A stretch of DNA of 64,000 nt, taken from Rhizophagus irregularis. Lineage: Eukaryota. The stretch lies in the NCBI RefSeq assembly GCF_026210795.1, contig NC_089432.1:2542001-2606000 (forward strand), in the 5' to 3' direction. The notes beneath the pieces are model-generated. The model ran no database searches and had not been told where the DNA came from. It worked only from the letters and a program-made list of their open reading frames with translations. Position 1 is the stretch's first letter; every line of letters begins with the position of its first letter. This document shows positions 1 to 11,540 of the stretch, in pieces. The position numbers and the translations under genes were made by a program.

Positions 1-358
1 TTTGTAATCCTCCAAATAAGAATAACGCTGTTTTTTGTGGATTGGTGGTTGTTTGAGATGGTTCGCTAAGTCCTGGTGATGTTTGAGCGAATGCGTGAGG
101 TAATATGAAATCCATATTTGTTTTTTTATTCAAATAAATTATTTGAGTTTGACGAGATGATAATGAAGATGGAGATACGTCTATTGAAATGAATTCATTT
201 GTTAATTCATTGTTCATAATTCCTCCTAGAATATAAAGTGTAGAATTTACAGAAAATATGCATGTTGAAGAATGGCCATATCTTGGTGATAACGATTGTG
301 AATTTATCGTCGTCGTAAGTAAGAAAATGAAAAAAATTATATATTTTTTATTATTCAT
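1..358 (-). CDS. Signal-peptide kelch-repeat protein, 5' part (runs off the window start; not in ORF track)
   Basis: Manual translation from ATG at 358: MNNKKYIIFFIFLLTTTINSQSLSPRYGHSSTCIFSVNSTLYILGG...ALFLFGGLQ. Hydrophobic N-terminus plus kelch motifs (PRYGHS, YILGG, LFGG); open to the window edge. Confidence 0.8.
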   Translation of the reverse strand, partial: MNNKKYIIFFIFLLTTTINSQSLSPRYGHSSTCIFSVNSTLYILGGIMNNELTNEFISIDVSPSSLSSRQTQIIYLNKKTNMDFILPHAFAQTSPGLSEPSQTTTNPQKTALFLFGGLQ

Positions 359-847
359 TTCGAAAAAAAAACGAAAAAAAAATTTTTCTTTTTTTTCTTT
401 CTTTTTTTTTTTTAAAGGAATAAAACTTTTTTTAAAAAAATCATATCAGATATATAAATAGGCATAAAAAACATTCTAAATGAAAGTATATAAATAGTTA
501 CAATTCTTTTTAAAAAAAAATGATGTGCGACTGATGTACTACTAAATATACCTATAAAACAATGGTTACATTTCCTAATCCTGCATATTTATTTGTTTTT
601 TCTATTACGCATCTAATACGCATCTTATGTATCACATGCGCCCCTTTGTTGGGTTCCTTCTATAATTGGACAATGAAAAAGGATGTTTTCGGACATCATT
701 TACCGTAAATATTTATAAGTTAACAAAGTTTTATGGAAATGTGAAGGATCTGCTCCGTCATTTACCAAAACTTTTAAGAAAGTGTTTTGTAAAAAACTGG
801 CATATTTTAACTCTTTGTACCCAGGCTTTGTTGAAATTACTTTTGAT

Positions 848-3190
848 ATGAACAATATGGCGACGCCAACGCCCCCTATCTCACAACGTACTCGTTCAGG
901 AACGGCCAAAAACTTGGTCCAAGATAAAAATGACGGTGACCATGAAGTTTTTTCAAAAAAAAAGGAACCTGACAATATTGTTACTCCTCTGCAGACTAAT
1001 ATAAATGAACCGCTAGAACCTAAAGAGGCTTCTAGCAGACGCGAACTTCGTAAAAAGAAACAACAAGTTAGTTTTAATACCAACAAACAAGTTTTACAAA
1101 ATACGTCTTCGCCAGTATTCTTGGTCTCTTCGCCCGAAAAAGTCAGTACAAACACAGTGGGCCAATCAACGGACCAAAATCTAGACGTAAACAATGATGC
1201 ATCTAACAAACAAACATCTAGTTCTGCTATTGGTCAAACTTCTGTCGATCATAACAACATCACATCAAATGACCAAATCGTAAATGATCAGCAAGTTATC
1301 TTACCCGATATAGAAATGATCATGGATGAGCAAGAGGACGACACTAATCAATTCCATAAATTAGAAAATAGTAAAATCATTGCCATACTTAAAGTGCCAA
1401 TCAACAACCCTGATAATATTGATGAATATAAAAAATTTATGAAGATCGTACAAAATAGTATTCTCGAGGATTCTATGCTTAAACAAGAAGATATTATTAG
1501 TCTTCAAGTTCAAATTATGACACAGAAAGTTCCAGAAGGCACAGTTGCACAAATGAATGATAACCAGAAAAAAGTTAATAAGATTATTACAGGAATTTCT
1601 TTACAAGCAACATTAATCTCTCAACAAACATGGAAAGATTTACAAGAAACGCCTTATCGATGTGATGGTATAGATTATTTTTTTGAAGAGGTTATAACAA
1701 ATCGTACACGACAAAAACAAAATAATGGAAATTCACAAGATAGGGTCGTACAAGTGTTTAATGCGTCACTTCGTTTGACTACTGCTATAATTAAACCCTT
1801 TATGCGTAAATATGGAGAATTAGAAGAAGAGAAATGTTATTCTCGAAGGCCTCATGCACATGCACCAAATCGTCAAGTAGTTTATATTACCTTTAAAGAT
1901 GCTAATAGTGTTCATCGATTTTACGATAATCACGTGCTTTGGATCTATGGCGAAATGTTATATGTTACTCCATTTTTAATGGATAAAAATATTAGAGAGG
2001 GACTCAAGCAATTTTGTATGAAGTTAAATGGACTCCCTCCTAACGCACAGGCAGTAGAATTTAAAGAATTCATAGATCATCATAGCGTTGTAGAATTTTA
2101 TATTCCTCGGAATACATATACCAATGATACACAAAAGTATGCTTACGTATATTTTAAAGACGAAGCAGCTATGGTTGCTGCTACTCAAGAAATTTTTTTA
2201 GTAAGAAACAAACAGACTGAATGGTCAGATCCCAGTGTGCAGTCATGTTTTAGATGTGGATACACAGGTCATTATATGAGAGACTGTGATTATGTGCCCC
2301 CTCGTACGAGACCAATGAGGAAGAATGAATATTTTAGACAGATTAAAGAGATTCGTCAAAATCGTTTTGCAAGAAATAGAGCAATTAATTATAGTAGCCC
2401 TGCTACATATGCTCAGATGGCAGCACAGAGTAATAGAAAATTTAGAAAAAGAGATTATAATGCTGGTAATACGCGAAATGGTAATCAGAATGATAGGTAT
2501 GTAGATAGATCTTGGAATAGAGACAATATAAATCATGATTTATATGAAGGTGATGATGATAATAGAAATTCTTTGGATGATGAAGAAGATTTTATTATGA
2601 ATGAAGTAGGAATGCATGAATGGGATGAACAACCTAAAACGCGGCCAAATGTAAGATCACGTGATGTTTTGCGTGGTACTCAGAAAGGAGGTTCGATACA
2701 TATGAAAGATAAAGAAAAAGAAGAATGGTATCATAGACAGACTAACGATAACTTACAGGATATTAAAAATGACTTTGCGAAAATTAAAGATATGATGGAT
2801 TGTATGTATAAAGAACAAGCGGCGATGAGAAATGAGCTTAATTTGATTAAGGTTCATAGCAATCCAAATCTTAAAGATACAACAAAAAATACAAATCAAA
2901 ATCAAAGTAAAAAAAGAGGAGGAGTAGTATTTAATAGTAATAACAAACGTACTAGAAATGAAGAAAGCAGCGGTTCAGAAAGTAATGCTGCTAATAATGT
3001 TTATATTCTTTCAAATCGAATGGACCAAGCTGATGATACAATGAAAAAAATGATGGATATGTTACAAAATATGAGTACTAAATTTGAACAAATATATAAT
3101 AATCAAGAAAATAACGCAAATAATAAACAAAAAAGCACTGTTATTAAGGGGGATAACAATGCTTTAACTTCAACAAACAACAACATTTAA
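848..3190 (+). CDS. LINE ORF1, nucleic-acid-binding protein (RRM-like domains + CCHC zinc knuckle + coiled coil)
   Basis: CFRCGYTGHYMRDC knuckle; RRM-like motifs (VVYITF, KYAYVYF). First ATG is at 848 (the track ORF opens at 782 on a GTG). Confidence 0.9.
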   Translation: MNNMATPTPPISQRTRSGTAKNLVQDKNDGDHEVFSKKKEPDNIVTPLQTNINEPLEPKEASSRRELRKKKQQVSFNTNKQVLQNTSSPVFLVSSPEKVSTNTVGQSTDQNLDVNNDASNKQTSSSAIGQTSVDHNNITSNDQIVNDQQVILPDIEMIMDEQEDDTNQFHKLENSKIIAILKVPINNPDNIDEYKKFMKIVQNSILEDSMLKQEDIISLQVQIMTQKVPEGTVAQMNDNQKKVNKIITGISLQATLISQQTWKDLQETPYRCDGIDYFFEEVITNRTRQKQNNGNSQDRVVQVFNASLRLTTAIIKPFMRKYGELEEEKCYSRRPHAHAPNRQVVYITFKDANSVHRFYDNHVLWIYGEMLYVTPFLMDKNIREGLKQFCMKLNGLPPNAQAVEFKEFIDHHSVVEFYIPRNTYTNDTQKYAYVYFKDEAAMVAATQEIFLVRNKQTEWSDPSVQSCFRCGYTGHYMRDCDYVPPRTRPMRKNEYFRQIKEIRQNRFARNRAINYSSPATYAQMAAQSNRKFRKRDYNAGNTRNGNQNDRYVDRSWNRDNINHDLYEGDDDNRNSLDDEEDFIMNEVGMHEWDEQPKTRPNVRSRDVLRGTQKGGSIHMKDKEKEEWYHRQTNDNLQDIKNDFAKIKDMMDCMYKEQAAMRNELNLIKVHSNPNLKDTTKNTNQNQSKKRGGVVFNSNNKRTRNEESSGSESNAANNVYILSNRMDQADDTMKKMMDMLQNMSTKFEQIYNNQENNANNKQKSTVIKGDNNALTSTNNNI

Positions 3191-3192
3191 TT

Positions 3193-6100
3193 ATGACAGA
3201 CAACCATAATACTAATATTTCCAATCAATTAAATATATATAACTCCCCCCTAACTAGCAATAATGAAAAAAGAAAAAGTGATGATCCTGTCCATATACGT
3301 AATTACAAAAAAAGAATTAAAAGAAAAAAGAACAATAAAAATGATAATATTACTATTAACAATAATGATGATAATATTTTGAATGAGGAATTAGAAGATA
3401 AAATTAATCAAACAAATGTAGTAAATAATACAAAAGCGTTTTTCAATGTGGGAACTCTCAATATTAGAGGAATGACGAAATTAAAAATGATGAATATTAA
3501 AGATACGTTAACGAAATATAATTTTGATGTTTTAGCGGTTACTGAAACAAAAATTAATATTAAATATGGAAAATTTTTAACGCAAGAAGTTGGAATTAAC
3601 AAAAATTATACAATATTTGGAACAATAGATAATACCAATATTAATAGTACAGGACTCTTAGTTTTTATTAAAAATAATATAGCAAATCACGTGACCAAAG
3701 TTCAAAATCATATGGGAAGAATATTAGAAATAAATCTTAATTTTAGCAAACATAACAAATTATCGATAATATCAATATACAATAAAAGTGGTAATTCAGC
3801 TGAGGCAAGGAATTTACAACAAACTATTAATCAATTAGTGATAAATATGATTAAAGATGCGCGAAGGAATCAATATCAGATAATGCTATTAGGAGATTTC
3901 AACCTCAGATACGCTAAATATGAAAAATTAAAAAATAGAGGCGTTAGAATAAACAATCAACTTAGTATCTTTAAATATCTGGAAAACCATGATTTTATAG
4001 ATGTCCATAAAGATTCTTTAGAAATAGATGATCAGCAACTAATGGAACGCTTTAGCACATTTAGCAATTATACTACATTCTCTCGTATTGATTATATATG
4101 GATGACGAATAATCTTTATAATGCAGTAATAAAAACAAATATAGTAGAATATAATAAAATGGATACTGACCATAGGCTAATATATGTTAGATTAAACAGA
4201 GGAATCATAATTTCACAACCATCATTATCAACCAAAATAAAAAGATCTTATAGAGTAAAATATCACTATGAGGAATTAAATGATGATGATAAACAGATGA
4301 TCACTGACACAGCCACTAAGGAATTAGAAAATAGGTTAAAAAATTATAAACCTAATAATATAGAAGAGAAATGGAATATTTATAACCATGTGATTTCTAC
4401 AACAAAGAAAAGTCATATAAAGCATAGCGAAATTAAAATATCTTTTGAAAGAGAAGATCAAGATATCAAAAATACGTTGGAATATAGATTTTATAGATAT
4501 ATAGTTTACATTAGAAGGAATTTAAAAAAAGATAAAAAATTCGCAATGATTAAAGACAATTGGAAAATTATAATTAAAAATCTACGCTCTATGATTAAGG
4601 CCTTAGAAATTAATAATGAATTTTATGTGTTAAGTTATAACTTTAGTAAATTTCTTAAGCATACATATTTGAAGGAAATGGAAGAACTATATTCTATAGC
4701 ATATATATTTTTGAATACTGAGATGATTAAGAAGAAAGAACAAAAGATTATGGATGCAATAGCTAAACGACAACAGGATTTAGAATACAATCAAAGACGT
4801 ATGATTGATAATGTTATGGAAAGGGAATTCAAAAAAATTAATATAGATAGGTTAATAGTGCAAGATAAAGATGGAGAAGATATTTTAGTAACGAACGAAG
4901 GGGAAATTAAAAAGTTAGTAGCAAATCATTTCCAGAATTGTGCAGGATCTGTAAATTGCGAAAAGGAAATTCCAGCTGAATGGATTGATGAGTATAGGCC
5001 AAAAGAAGAATTATCTGAATCAATATATGATAGTGTATTAACTCCTATAACTTTAGAAGAAATAATTGAGATAGGAAAAATGTTACCAGGAAAAAAAGCA
5101 AATGGTCCAACAGGAATTTCTTACGAAGATATAAAGCTTACTCTGATACCCTTAAAAGAAATCCTTCAAGAAATATTTAACGAAATATTAGAAACAGGAA
5201 CATTACCAAAAGATTGGCTTCGTGCTCATATATATCCGATACCAAAACCCAAGCCATGGCAATACGATTTGAACAATACACGACCAATTACACTTTTAGA
5301 AACTGCAAGGAAATTTTTTGTTAAAATACTAACAAATAGACTTTCTAAAATTTTTATTACTAACGATATTTTAAAAGGATACCAATTTGCAGGACTCCCA
5401 AAGAAATCAACTTTTGAACCTTTAAGGATAGTTAATGAAATCATCAACTATGCAGAGCAAAATAAAAAAGAGATGTGGTTTCTTATGTTGGATATGTCTA
5501 AGGCCTACGATAGAATTAATATACCAATGCTAAGAAAGGCACTCGAAAGAATAAAAATGCCAAAGAGAATAACACAAATTCTGACAGGATTGTTCACAAA
5601 TAGGACGAATCAAGTCTTTACCCCAACAGGATTGACTGAGCCCTTTGATATGTTAACAGGGATTGATCAAGGTGAAATAATATCACCATTGCTTTGGATA
5701 ATATATTACGACCCCTTACTAGCAAGAATAAGAAATACAAATCTTGGATTTCGAATGGAAGCGAAAGAATATTTGGATGTATATGAAAATGTGTATCGCT
5801 CTAGATCAGTTACATTTCCAGGATGTGCTTATATGGATGATACGGGATTTATCACAAACAACAAATTAAATTTAGAACGAATTTTAAAAATAGCTGATTC
5901 TTTCTATAGATTAAATAACATAAAAATTAATAAGCAAAAATCAGAATTGCTCCTTAGGAAAAATGTTAGTAAAAAGAAACCTTTAGAAAGTGTGGTTAAA
6001 ATCAAATTTGGAGAGGATGAAATAGAAGTTAAACCAACAGCTCGCAACCAATCATCACGATTCTTAGGAGTTTGGATCAACGCCTTTAATGATAATAGAC

Positions 6101-8943
6101 ATGTGGAACAACAAATCAAAAACGAAATCAAAGCAATAATAAAGAATATATCTTGTAGAAAAGGAATTACTGATAAGATGATGATTTATCTTTTCAATAT
6201 GCTGATTATTCCAATAGTTGAATATAGAAGTCAACTATATGTCATAGAAGAACGAGTATTAGAAAAATTAATGGCTCCTTTCAGATCGTTTATTAAAAAT
6301 AGGTTGAAATTTGCGAAAACTGCACCCAACGCGATTTTAGAAACTCATTTTATTTATAATTTGAATAACTTGGTTGCCAATCAAAAACAAGCCAAAATTA
6401 CAAACTTTGTCTTACAGGTTAATGATACAGGTATTCTGGGAAAAATAATGGAAGTTAGATTTATCAACATACAACAACAATTGCTATTAGAAAACCATCC
6501 AATATATGTTATTGATGAAAAGTTAGTTCATAAAATTAAGCAAATTAAAAATATTGGATTTAAATACCATTTTATTTTAAACAATATAAAACTTTTAGTA
6601 GAAAATAATTTTAAATTTGCAAGAAATGATAATATTATGCTTAAATTTAATGTAGAAGGTGGACCAACATTGATTAGAGACGTTGTTTCAAATGGAGTAT
6701 ATATCAAGAATTTTAAAACTTTACAAGATAATAATTTAATCTTTATGGATCAAATCACTACCTTGGATAAAAAATATTTACTATCAATCGAAGAATTAGA
6801 AATGAAGAGATTTGTTAAGCTTTTAAATACAAAAAGAATGTCAAAAAAAAATGGAAAACTTTATGAGAATATATTGGCAGATTTAGCAGACTCTAGGATA
6901 AGTTACAGAATTAAATCAAATATTGTTGAACAAATCTTAGCTGTAGACGAAGTTTATAATCTAAAAGGGACGATTTTATTACCCACCACTGTTTTACCAG
7001 AAAAAGGAGCAACGGTCGTTTCAAAAATGACTAGAGGAGTGTTACAAAATCGAACAGTTTTTGGAAGAATTATTAAAATAGATAGGGATAATAATGTAGT
7101 GTTTTTTAATCATTTTGAAAACTTGACAGATGATTATGAAAAAAATATAATCCTAAGAAAGTGTAAAGGTTGTGAGTTAGGGATAATTAATGCAGATGTA
7201 TTCAAAGGAGAAATTAAAAGTAATTGTTTAATCGTGGAACATATAGAAAGGGTATTTTTACTATCACCATATAGATGGAATAAACAACATCATTCGAAAA
7301 GATTACAAAATTGTACTTATTATTACGAAGGGGTCAGTGTTAATTTCTATGATGAAATGCTTAGATACGATAGTGCTTTTAAAAATAGTATTATACATCA
7401 AAGACTAGATAATAAAGACCTGATTCAATATGATGATAGACGAGATAAAACAGATAATATCGACAAAAATCTGGAAAAAGGAAGTAGATACAATATTGCA
7501 TATCAAAGAATAAAGCGTATTAAGGATAGGATAGCGTTAAATAGTTCAAAGAATATATCTATATATATAGATGGATCAGTTAAGGAAAACAAGACAGAAT
7601 ATATTAAGTCAATTTTTGGGGTTATGATATATGATGAAGATGATAATCTTATAGATAAATACTTTTCAACAGTAGAGCATTGGTTGACTTCAACAAAAGC
7701 AGAAACTATGGCTTTCTTTACTGCACTATTAATGATACAGGATGATAAGAACTATAAGATATATACAGACAGTCAAAATGTAATTAAAAACTATAGGTAT
7801 CTAACTAATAGATGGGAGACAATAACTACAAGGGATCTATTAAAATTTGACAAAAATAATGCCATATGGTTTAATATAAAAGAAATTTTAGATGAATTAT
7901 CACTACATATAGACGTAATTAAAGTAGAGTCTCACTCAGATAACGAATTACATAACACAGTGGATAAAGAAATTAAAGATTGCTACGAAATAGAAGATAA
8001 ACTATCTAACACTTTAGTTACATACAATACAGAACAATATAAATTCCCAGTCTTATGGAATAATTACGTGGTAGAGATGAATTTAAGACGGTTTATTAGA
8101 CTTCTGACTAGAACACAAGGATTGGAAAAATTCTTTAATCTGAATAGAAATTGGAGATATAGAATATTAGATGTTAAATGGGAAATTGTTTTCGCATATA
8201 TTGGACTCCAAATAGAGGGTGAAACAACTTTTAAAACTGATAATTTTATATGTAAACAAAAAAGAATGAAGATACAACGTTTGATAGAAGAAATTCCAAC
8301 AATTGAACAAATGAAGAAATCTTCGTATGATATTTACCGGAATTTTAAATGCGTGTTTTGTCATAAGAAAAAAGAAACCTTTAATCATGTGTGGACATGT
8401 AGATATAATAGAAAAATTTTAAAGCAGATAATAGGACGAACAATAGACACTATGGTTACTTTATTAAAGGAATATGGGGCTACTTTTGATGAAGTACAAA
8501 TACTAACAAATATTAAAAAACTTGATATTTTTTTTCCGAAGTTTAGGGATAACAAGTTTAATTTTGTAGATTTAATTAAAGGCATCTTTCCGATTCAATT
8601 GTATGACTTTATTGGAAACATCTTGGGAATAAATAACAATATGAAGATAATAGAGTTGGGAACAAAGATTTTACAATATGTTATGGATGAAACAAAGAAA
8701 CATATTTGGATACCTCGTTGCGAAAAATTGAAAATAATAGAAAAGAATTATGGGATTAACAAAAAAGATAAGAAAAGAACTGATTCTAAATTTTGTAGAG
8801 AGAAACAAGAAGATATTTTACAATACCCTGAAAATATGTATAGAAGATATGAAGATTTGGAGGGTGTTAAAGAGCATATTTTATTTGGTAAAGAAATCCT
8901 GGATTTTACAGTAGTTGTGAACCGGGTGGGTAAGATAAATTAA
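3193..8943 (+). CDS. LINE ORF2: APE endonuclease, reverse transcriptase, RNase H, C-terminal Cys/His motif
   Basis: APE motifs (TLNIRG, AVTETK, LLGDFN, SRIDYI, TDH); RT motifs (RPITLL, LDMSKAYD, GIDQGEIISPLL, YMDD, FLG); RNase H (YIDGS, AET, YTDSQ, KVESH); CVFC..ETFNHVWTC. Confidence 0.97.
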   Translation: MTDNHNTNISNQLNIYNSPLTSNNEKRKSDDPVHIRNYKKRIKRKKNNKNDNITINNNDDNILNEELEDKINQTNVVNNTKAFFNVGTLNIRGMTKLKMMNIKDTLTKYNFDVLAVTETKINIKYGKFLTQEVGINKNYTIFGTIDNTNINSTGLLVFIKNNIANHVTKVQNHMGRILEINLNFSKHNKLSIISIYNKSGNSAEARNLQQTINQLVINMIKDARRNQYQIMLLGDFNLRYAKYEKLKNRGVRINNQLSIFKYLENHDFIDVHKDSLEIDDQQLMERFSTFSNYTTFSRIDYIWMTNNLYNAVIKTNIVEYNKMDTDHRLIYVRLNRGIIISQPSLSTKIKRSYRVKYHYEELNDDDKQMITDTATKELENRLKNYKPNNIEEKWNIYNHVISTTKKSHIKHSEIKISFEREDQDIKNTLEYRFYRYIVYIRRNLKKDKKFAMIKDNWKIIIKNLRSMIKALEINNEFYVLSYNFSKFLKHTYLKEMEELYSIAYIFLNTEMIKKKEQKIMDAIAKRQQDLEYNQRRMIDNVMEREFKKINIDRLIVQDKDGEDILVTNEGEIKKLVANHFQNCAGSVNCEKEIPAEWIDEYRPKEELSESIYDSVLTPITLEEIIEIGKMLPGKKANGPTGISYEDIKLTLIPLKEILQEIFNEILETGTLPKDWLRAHIYPIPKPKPWQYDLNNTRPITLLETARKFFVKILTNRLSKIFITNDILKGYQFAGLPKKSTFEPLRIVNEIINYAEQNKKEMWFLMLDMSKAYDRINIPMLRKALERIKMPKRITQILTGLFTNRTNQVFTPTGLTEPFDMLTGIDQGEIISPLLWIIYYDPLLARIRNTNLGFRMEAKEYLDVYENVYRSRSVTFPGCAYMDDTGFITNNKLNLERILKIADSFYRLNNIKINKQKSELLLRKNVSKKKPLESVVKIKFGEDEIEVKPTARNQSSRFLGVWINAFNDNRHVEQQIKNEIKAIIKNISCRKGITDKMMIYLFNMLIIPIVEYRSQLYVIEERVLEKLMAPFRSFIKNRLKFAKTAPNAILETHFIYNLNNLVANQKQAKITNFVLQVNDTGILGKIMEVRFINIQQQLLLENHPIYVIDEKLVHKIKQIKNIGFKYHFILNNIKLLVENNFKFARNDNIMLKFNVEGGPTLIRDVVSNGVYIKNFKTLQDNNLIFMDQITTLDKKYLLSIEELEMKRFVKLLNTKRMSKKNGKLYENILADLADSRISYRIKSNIVEQILAVDEVYNLKGTILLPTTVLPEKGATVVSKMTRGVLQNRTVFGRIIKIDRDNNVVFFNHFENLTDDYEKNIILRKCKGCELGIINADVFKGEIKSNCLIVEHIERVFLLSPYRWNKQHHSKRLQNCTYYYEGVSVNFYDEMLRYDSAFKNSIIHQRLDNKDLIQYDDRRDKTDNIDKNLEKGSRYNIAYQRIKRIKDRIALNSSKNISIYIDGSVKENKTEYIKSIFGVMIYDEDDNLIDKYFSTVEHWLTSTKAETMAFFTALLMIQDDKNYKIYTDSQNVIKNYRYLTNRWETITTRDLLKFDKNNAIWFNIKEILDELSLHIDVIKVESHSDNELHNTVDKEIKDCYEIEDKLSNTLVTYNTEQYKFPVLWNNYVVEMNLRRFIRLLTRTQGLEKFFNLNRNWRYRILDVKWEIVFAYIGLQIEGETTFKTDNFICKQKRMKIQRLIEEIPTIEQMKKSSYDIYRNFKCVFCHKKKETFNHVWTCRYNRKILKQIIGRTIDTMVTLLKEYGATFDEVQILTNIKKLDIFFPKFRDNKFNFVDLIKGIFPIQLYDFIGNILGINNNMKIIELGTKILQYVMDETKKHIWIPRCEKLKIIEKNYGINKKDKKRTDSKFCREKQEDILQYPENMYRRYEDLEGVKEHILFGKEILDFTVVVNRVGKIN

Positions 8944-9327
8944 TACAACCATTTCTTGTTGTTTCCATTAATGACTTAATGGAGTTTAGTGCTTTTTGTT
9001 TTGTTTTACTTTAACTTTGGTTGCCGTTGGTAAGGTTTTACGAGTTTAATTCTTTACTAAGGTTTTTTACAAGATTTGTTGTCAGATAGTTTTACTATAG
9101 ACCTTTTATCTGTAAATTGGCACTCTGTACTGGGTTCTCTTTAATAAATAAATATGCGCTTTGCGCCTTTTGCCTACCAAAAAAAAAAAAAAAAAAAAAA
9201 AAAAGTTTTATGGAAATGTTAATTTATTAAAAAAAACTCCTTGCATGAGAAAAAAAAATATTTAACAATTCAAGTTAATCATTATTCCCGAGAAAAGTTC
9301 AAATAAATTTTTTTTTTTTTGCATTTA

Positions 9328-9329
<2 letters not shown>

Positions 9330-9367
<38 letters not shown>
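9330..9367. repeat. (CT)n microsatellite upstream of the kelch gene
   Basis: Run of TC dinucleotides seen directly. Confidence 0.9.
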
Positions 9368-9372
<5 letters not shown>

Positions 9373-9505
9373 GAATCATGTTTTAAAAAAAGAAAAATTG
9401 AATTTTTTTTTTATCATGTTAAAATATATATAGTACGCTACGTTAATTATAAAATAGTTTAACTGCGGCAATAAATCCAAACTTTCTATTGGAATTAATT
9501 ATACA

Positions 9506-10965
9506 ATGTCAAAATTATTAATAAATCTCCTAATAAGCGTACTTTTGTCGTCTGCGTTTGTATCTACATACGCAATTTATTATCCTCCATCACTTTATGG
9601 ACAAACATCAGCATATATTTCTTCTAGATTATATATTTTCGGTGGTACTATATTAAACATAAACAATTCAGTGACGTTTAACCATAATATATTTTATTTA
9701 GATTTATCAAAACCATTCAATACAACATCAGTATATCCATGGTCTAATGAATTAACCACTTTAGATATTTCTCATGTGAACGCATCGGCATGTGTAGGAG
9801 GCGCAATACAAGATAATATATTTGTATTTGAGGGAGTGCCTGAAGTTCTACAAAAATCGGATGGAACAATTGCACCTTTGATTTATAAATTCGATAGTCA
9901 ACAAAAAACAGTTAATCCACCACAATTTAATGTTACGATAGATATACCTAGAAGAAGAAGTGTACAGGCAGTTTGTGATAATCAAGGTAAAATGTATATA
10001 TTCGGTGGTATAGATGATTTTACTAGTACTGGTATATTTATTTATAACAGAATGGATATATTTAATACAATTGAATTATCATATGGTTGGAAAGTTGGAA
10101 ATGTTACCCAATCTGGTGGTGGAAGATATGGTTATTCCGCAGTATTATTGAATAACGATGAAAAAATTGTTTATATTGGTGGTAGATTACTTAGCGGTGA
10201 TTATGTAAGAATGAACGATATTTACATTTATAATACTAATTTGAATCAATGGGAATATCAGAACGCTGGTGGGACCGTTCCAAATGTACGAGAGGGTCAT
10301 TCTTCCGTCATAAGTAAGGAAATTACTCTTCTATTTTGAAATTTCGTTTTTCTTCAATTGTAATTTTATACTAATATTTTTTTTTCTTAAAAAAAAAAAA
10401 AAAAAAAAAATCTTTTTAATAGCACCCGATAACAGAATTATAGTTTATGGTGGATCTCAAGCTGATCCACAGTTAGCCGTATTAACTTTAACAGAAGGAA
10501 ATACGTTTTCTTGGTCAACTCCTAATGCAAAAAATCCAATACCAGGATTATATTTACATTCTGCTAATTTAATTAATTCTTATTATATGTTCGTTACGTT
10601 TGGTAAGTGTAAATATGTATATGAATTAACGCTTACGTTTATGAGTTTTTAGTTTTTAATAATTTAATAATTATTTTTTTTTCTTAGGATATCTCGAATC
10701 AACAAATAGAAGGAATAATGAGATTTATATTTTAGATACATCAAAACCTCAAGAATATTCTTGGATAACTAATTTTGATCCAAAAAATCCACCAAATGTA
10801 ATTAATTCAAATGGACCTGCAGAATTAAATGCTGATGATATAGCAATACAAAGTAAAAAAGTTTGGGTTTTGGGTAGTATTATTGGTTGTGTTTCAGGTT
10901 TCGTTTTATCTTTAGCTTTTATCATTTGTTTAAGACAATGTGATTGTTGTGGTATAAATGATTAA
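9506..10965 (+). CDS. Type I membrane kelch/galactose-oxidase-like beta-propeller protein (exons ~9506-10313, 10423-10602, 10688-10965)
   Basis: Signal peptide; kelch motifs (LYIFGG, RYGYSAV, REGHSS, IVYGG); GT-AG introns restore the frame; TM segment VWVLGSIIGCVSGFVLSLAFIICL; short tail RQCDCCGIND*. Confidence 0.88.
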
Positions 10966-11540
10966 AATGAATAATAATAATAAAAAAAATTAATAATTTG
11001 TTAGTTAAAAAAAACAATATTTTGTATTTTAGACTAATATACATAAAAAATACATAAAAAGTACATCAATTTTAATCGTTTTAACAGAAAATTATTCATT
11101 AATTAACGACGAAATTTAAATAAATAATATGAAAGTAATGATCAAATTTATTATTAGTTTTTAAAATTTATCTTAAAGTTCCTTGCATATTAACGTTAAT
11201 AAATTATTTTATCTATATCTTTTTCATTTTCATACATTAAACTTTTAGCATTCCTAATCCGAATTAAATTAAACCGCGTGATATATTTAGATCCTGAAAT
11301 TTGATTGGTATTTACACTATTTACAAGCGTGCGGACAGACAGAAATTCCCCAGTTTTAAGTGTACCTGATACTGTATGTCTCACGCTTACGCTTCGGAAA
11401 ATTACCAATATAAAGATTAATATAATTAACAGGGGTATTAGGAATAGTAGTTTCTCTCCGACCTTGTGAAATTTTATACATTAAACTAAAATTAATATTT
11501 CTTTTCACTTGATATTTACCATAGTAGTACACCAATACGA

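Larger units (their letters stand above)
743..9201 (+). mobile_element. Full-length LINE (non-LTR retrotransposon) with RNase H
   Basis: Two long ORFs, ~235-bp 3' UTR, poly(A) ~9179-9204, exact direct repeat AAAGTTTTATGGAAATGT at 725-742 and 9202-9219 (TSD; first A's overlap the tail). Confidence 0.97.

Noticed and set aside
258..461. Short AT-rich track ORFs here and elsewhere (e.g. 24609-24983, 41016-41207, 51408-51605)
   Set aside because: Low-complexity chance ORFs; 258-461 is antisense to the kelch gene start.
700..1209. 169-aa antisense ORF at the LINE 5' end (ORF0-like)
   Set aside because: Mostly antisense to ORF1, no motif, and its stop lies outside the element; unsupported without other copies.
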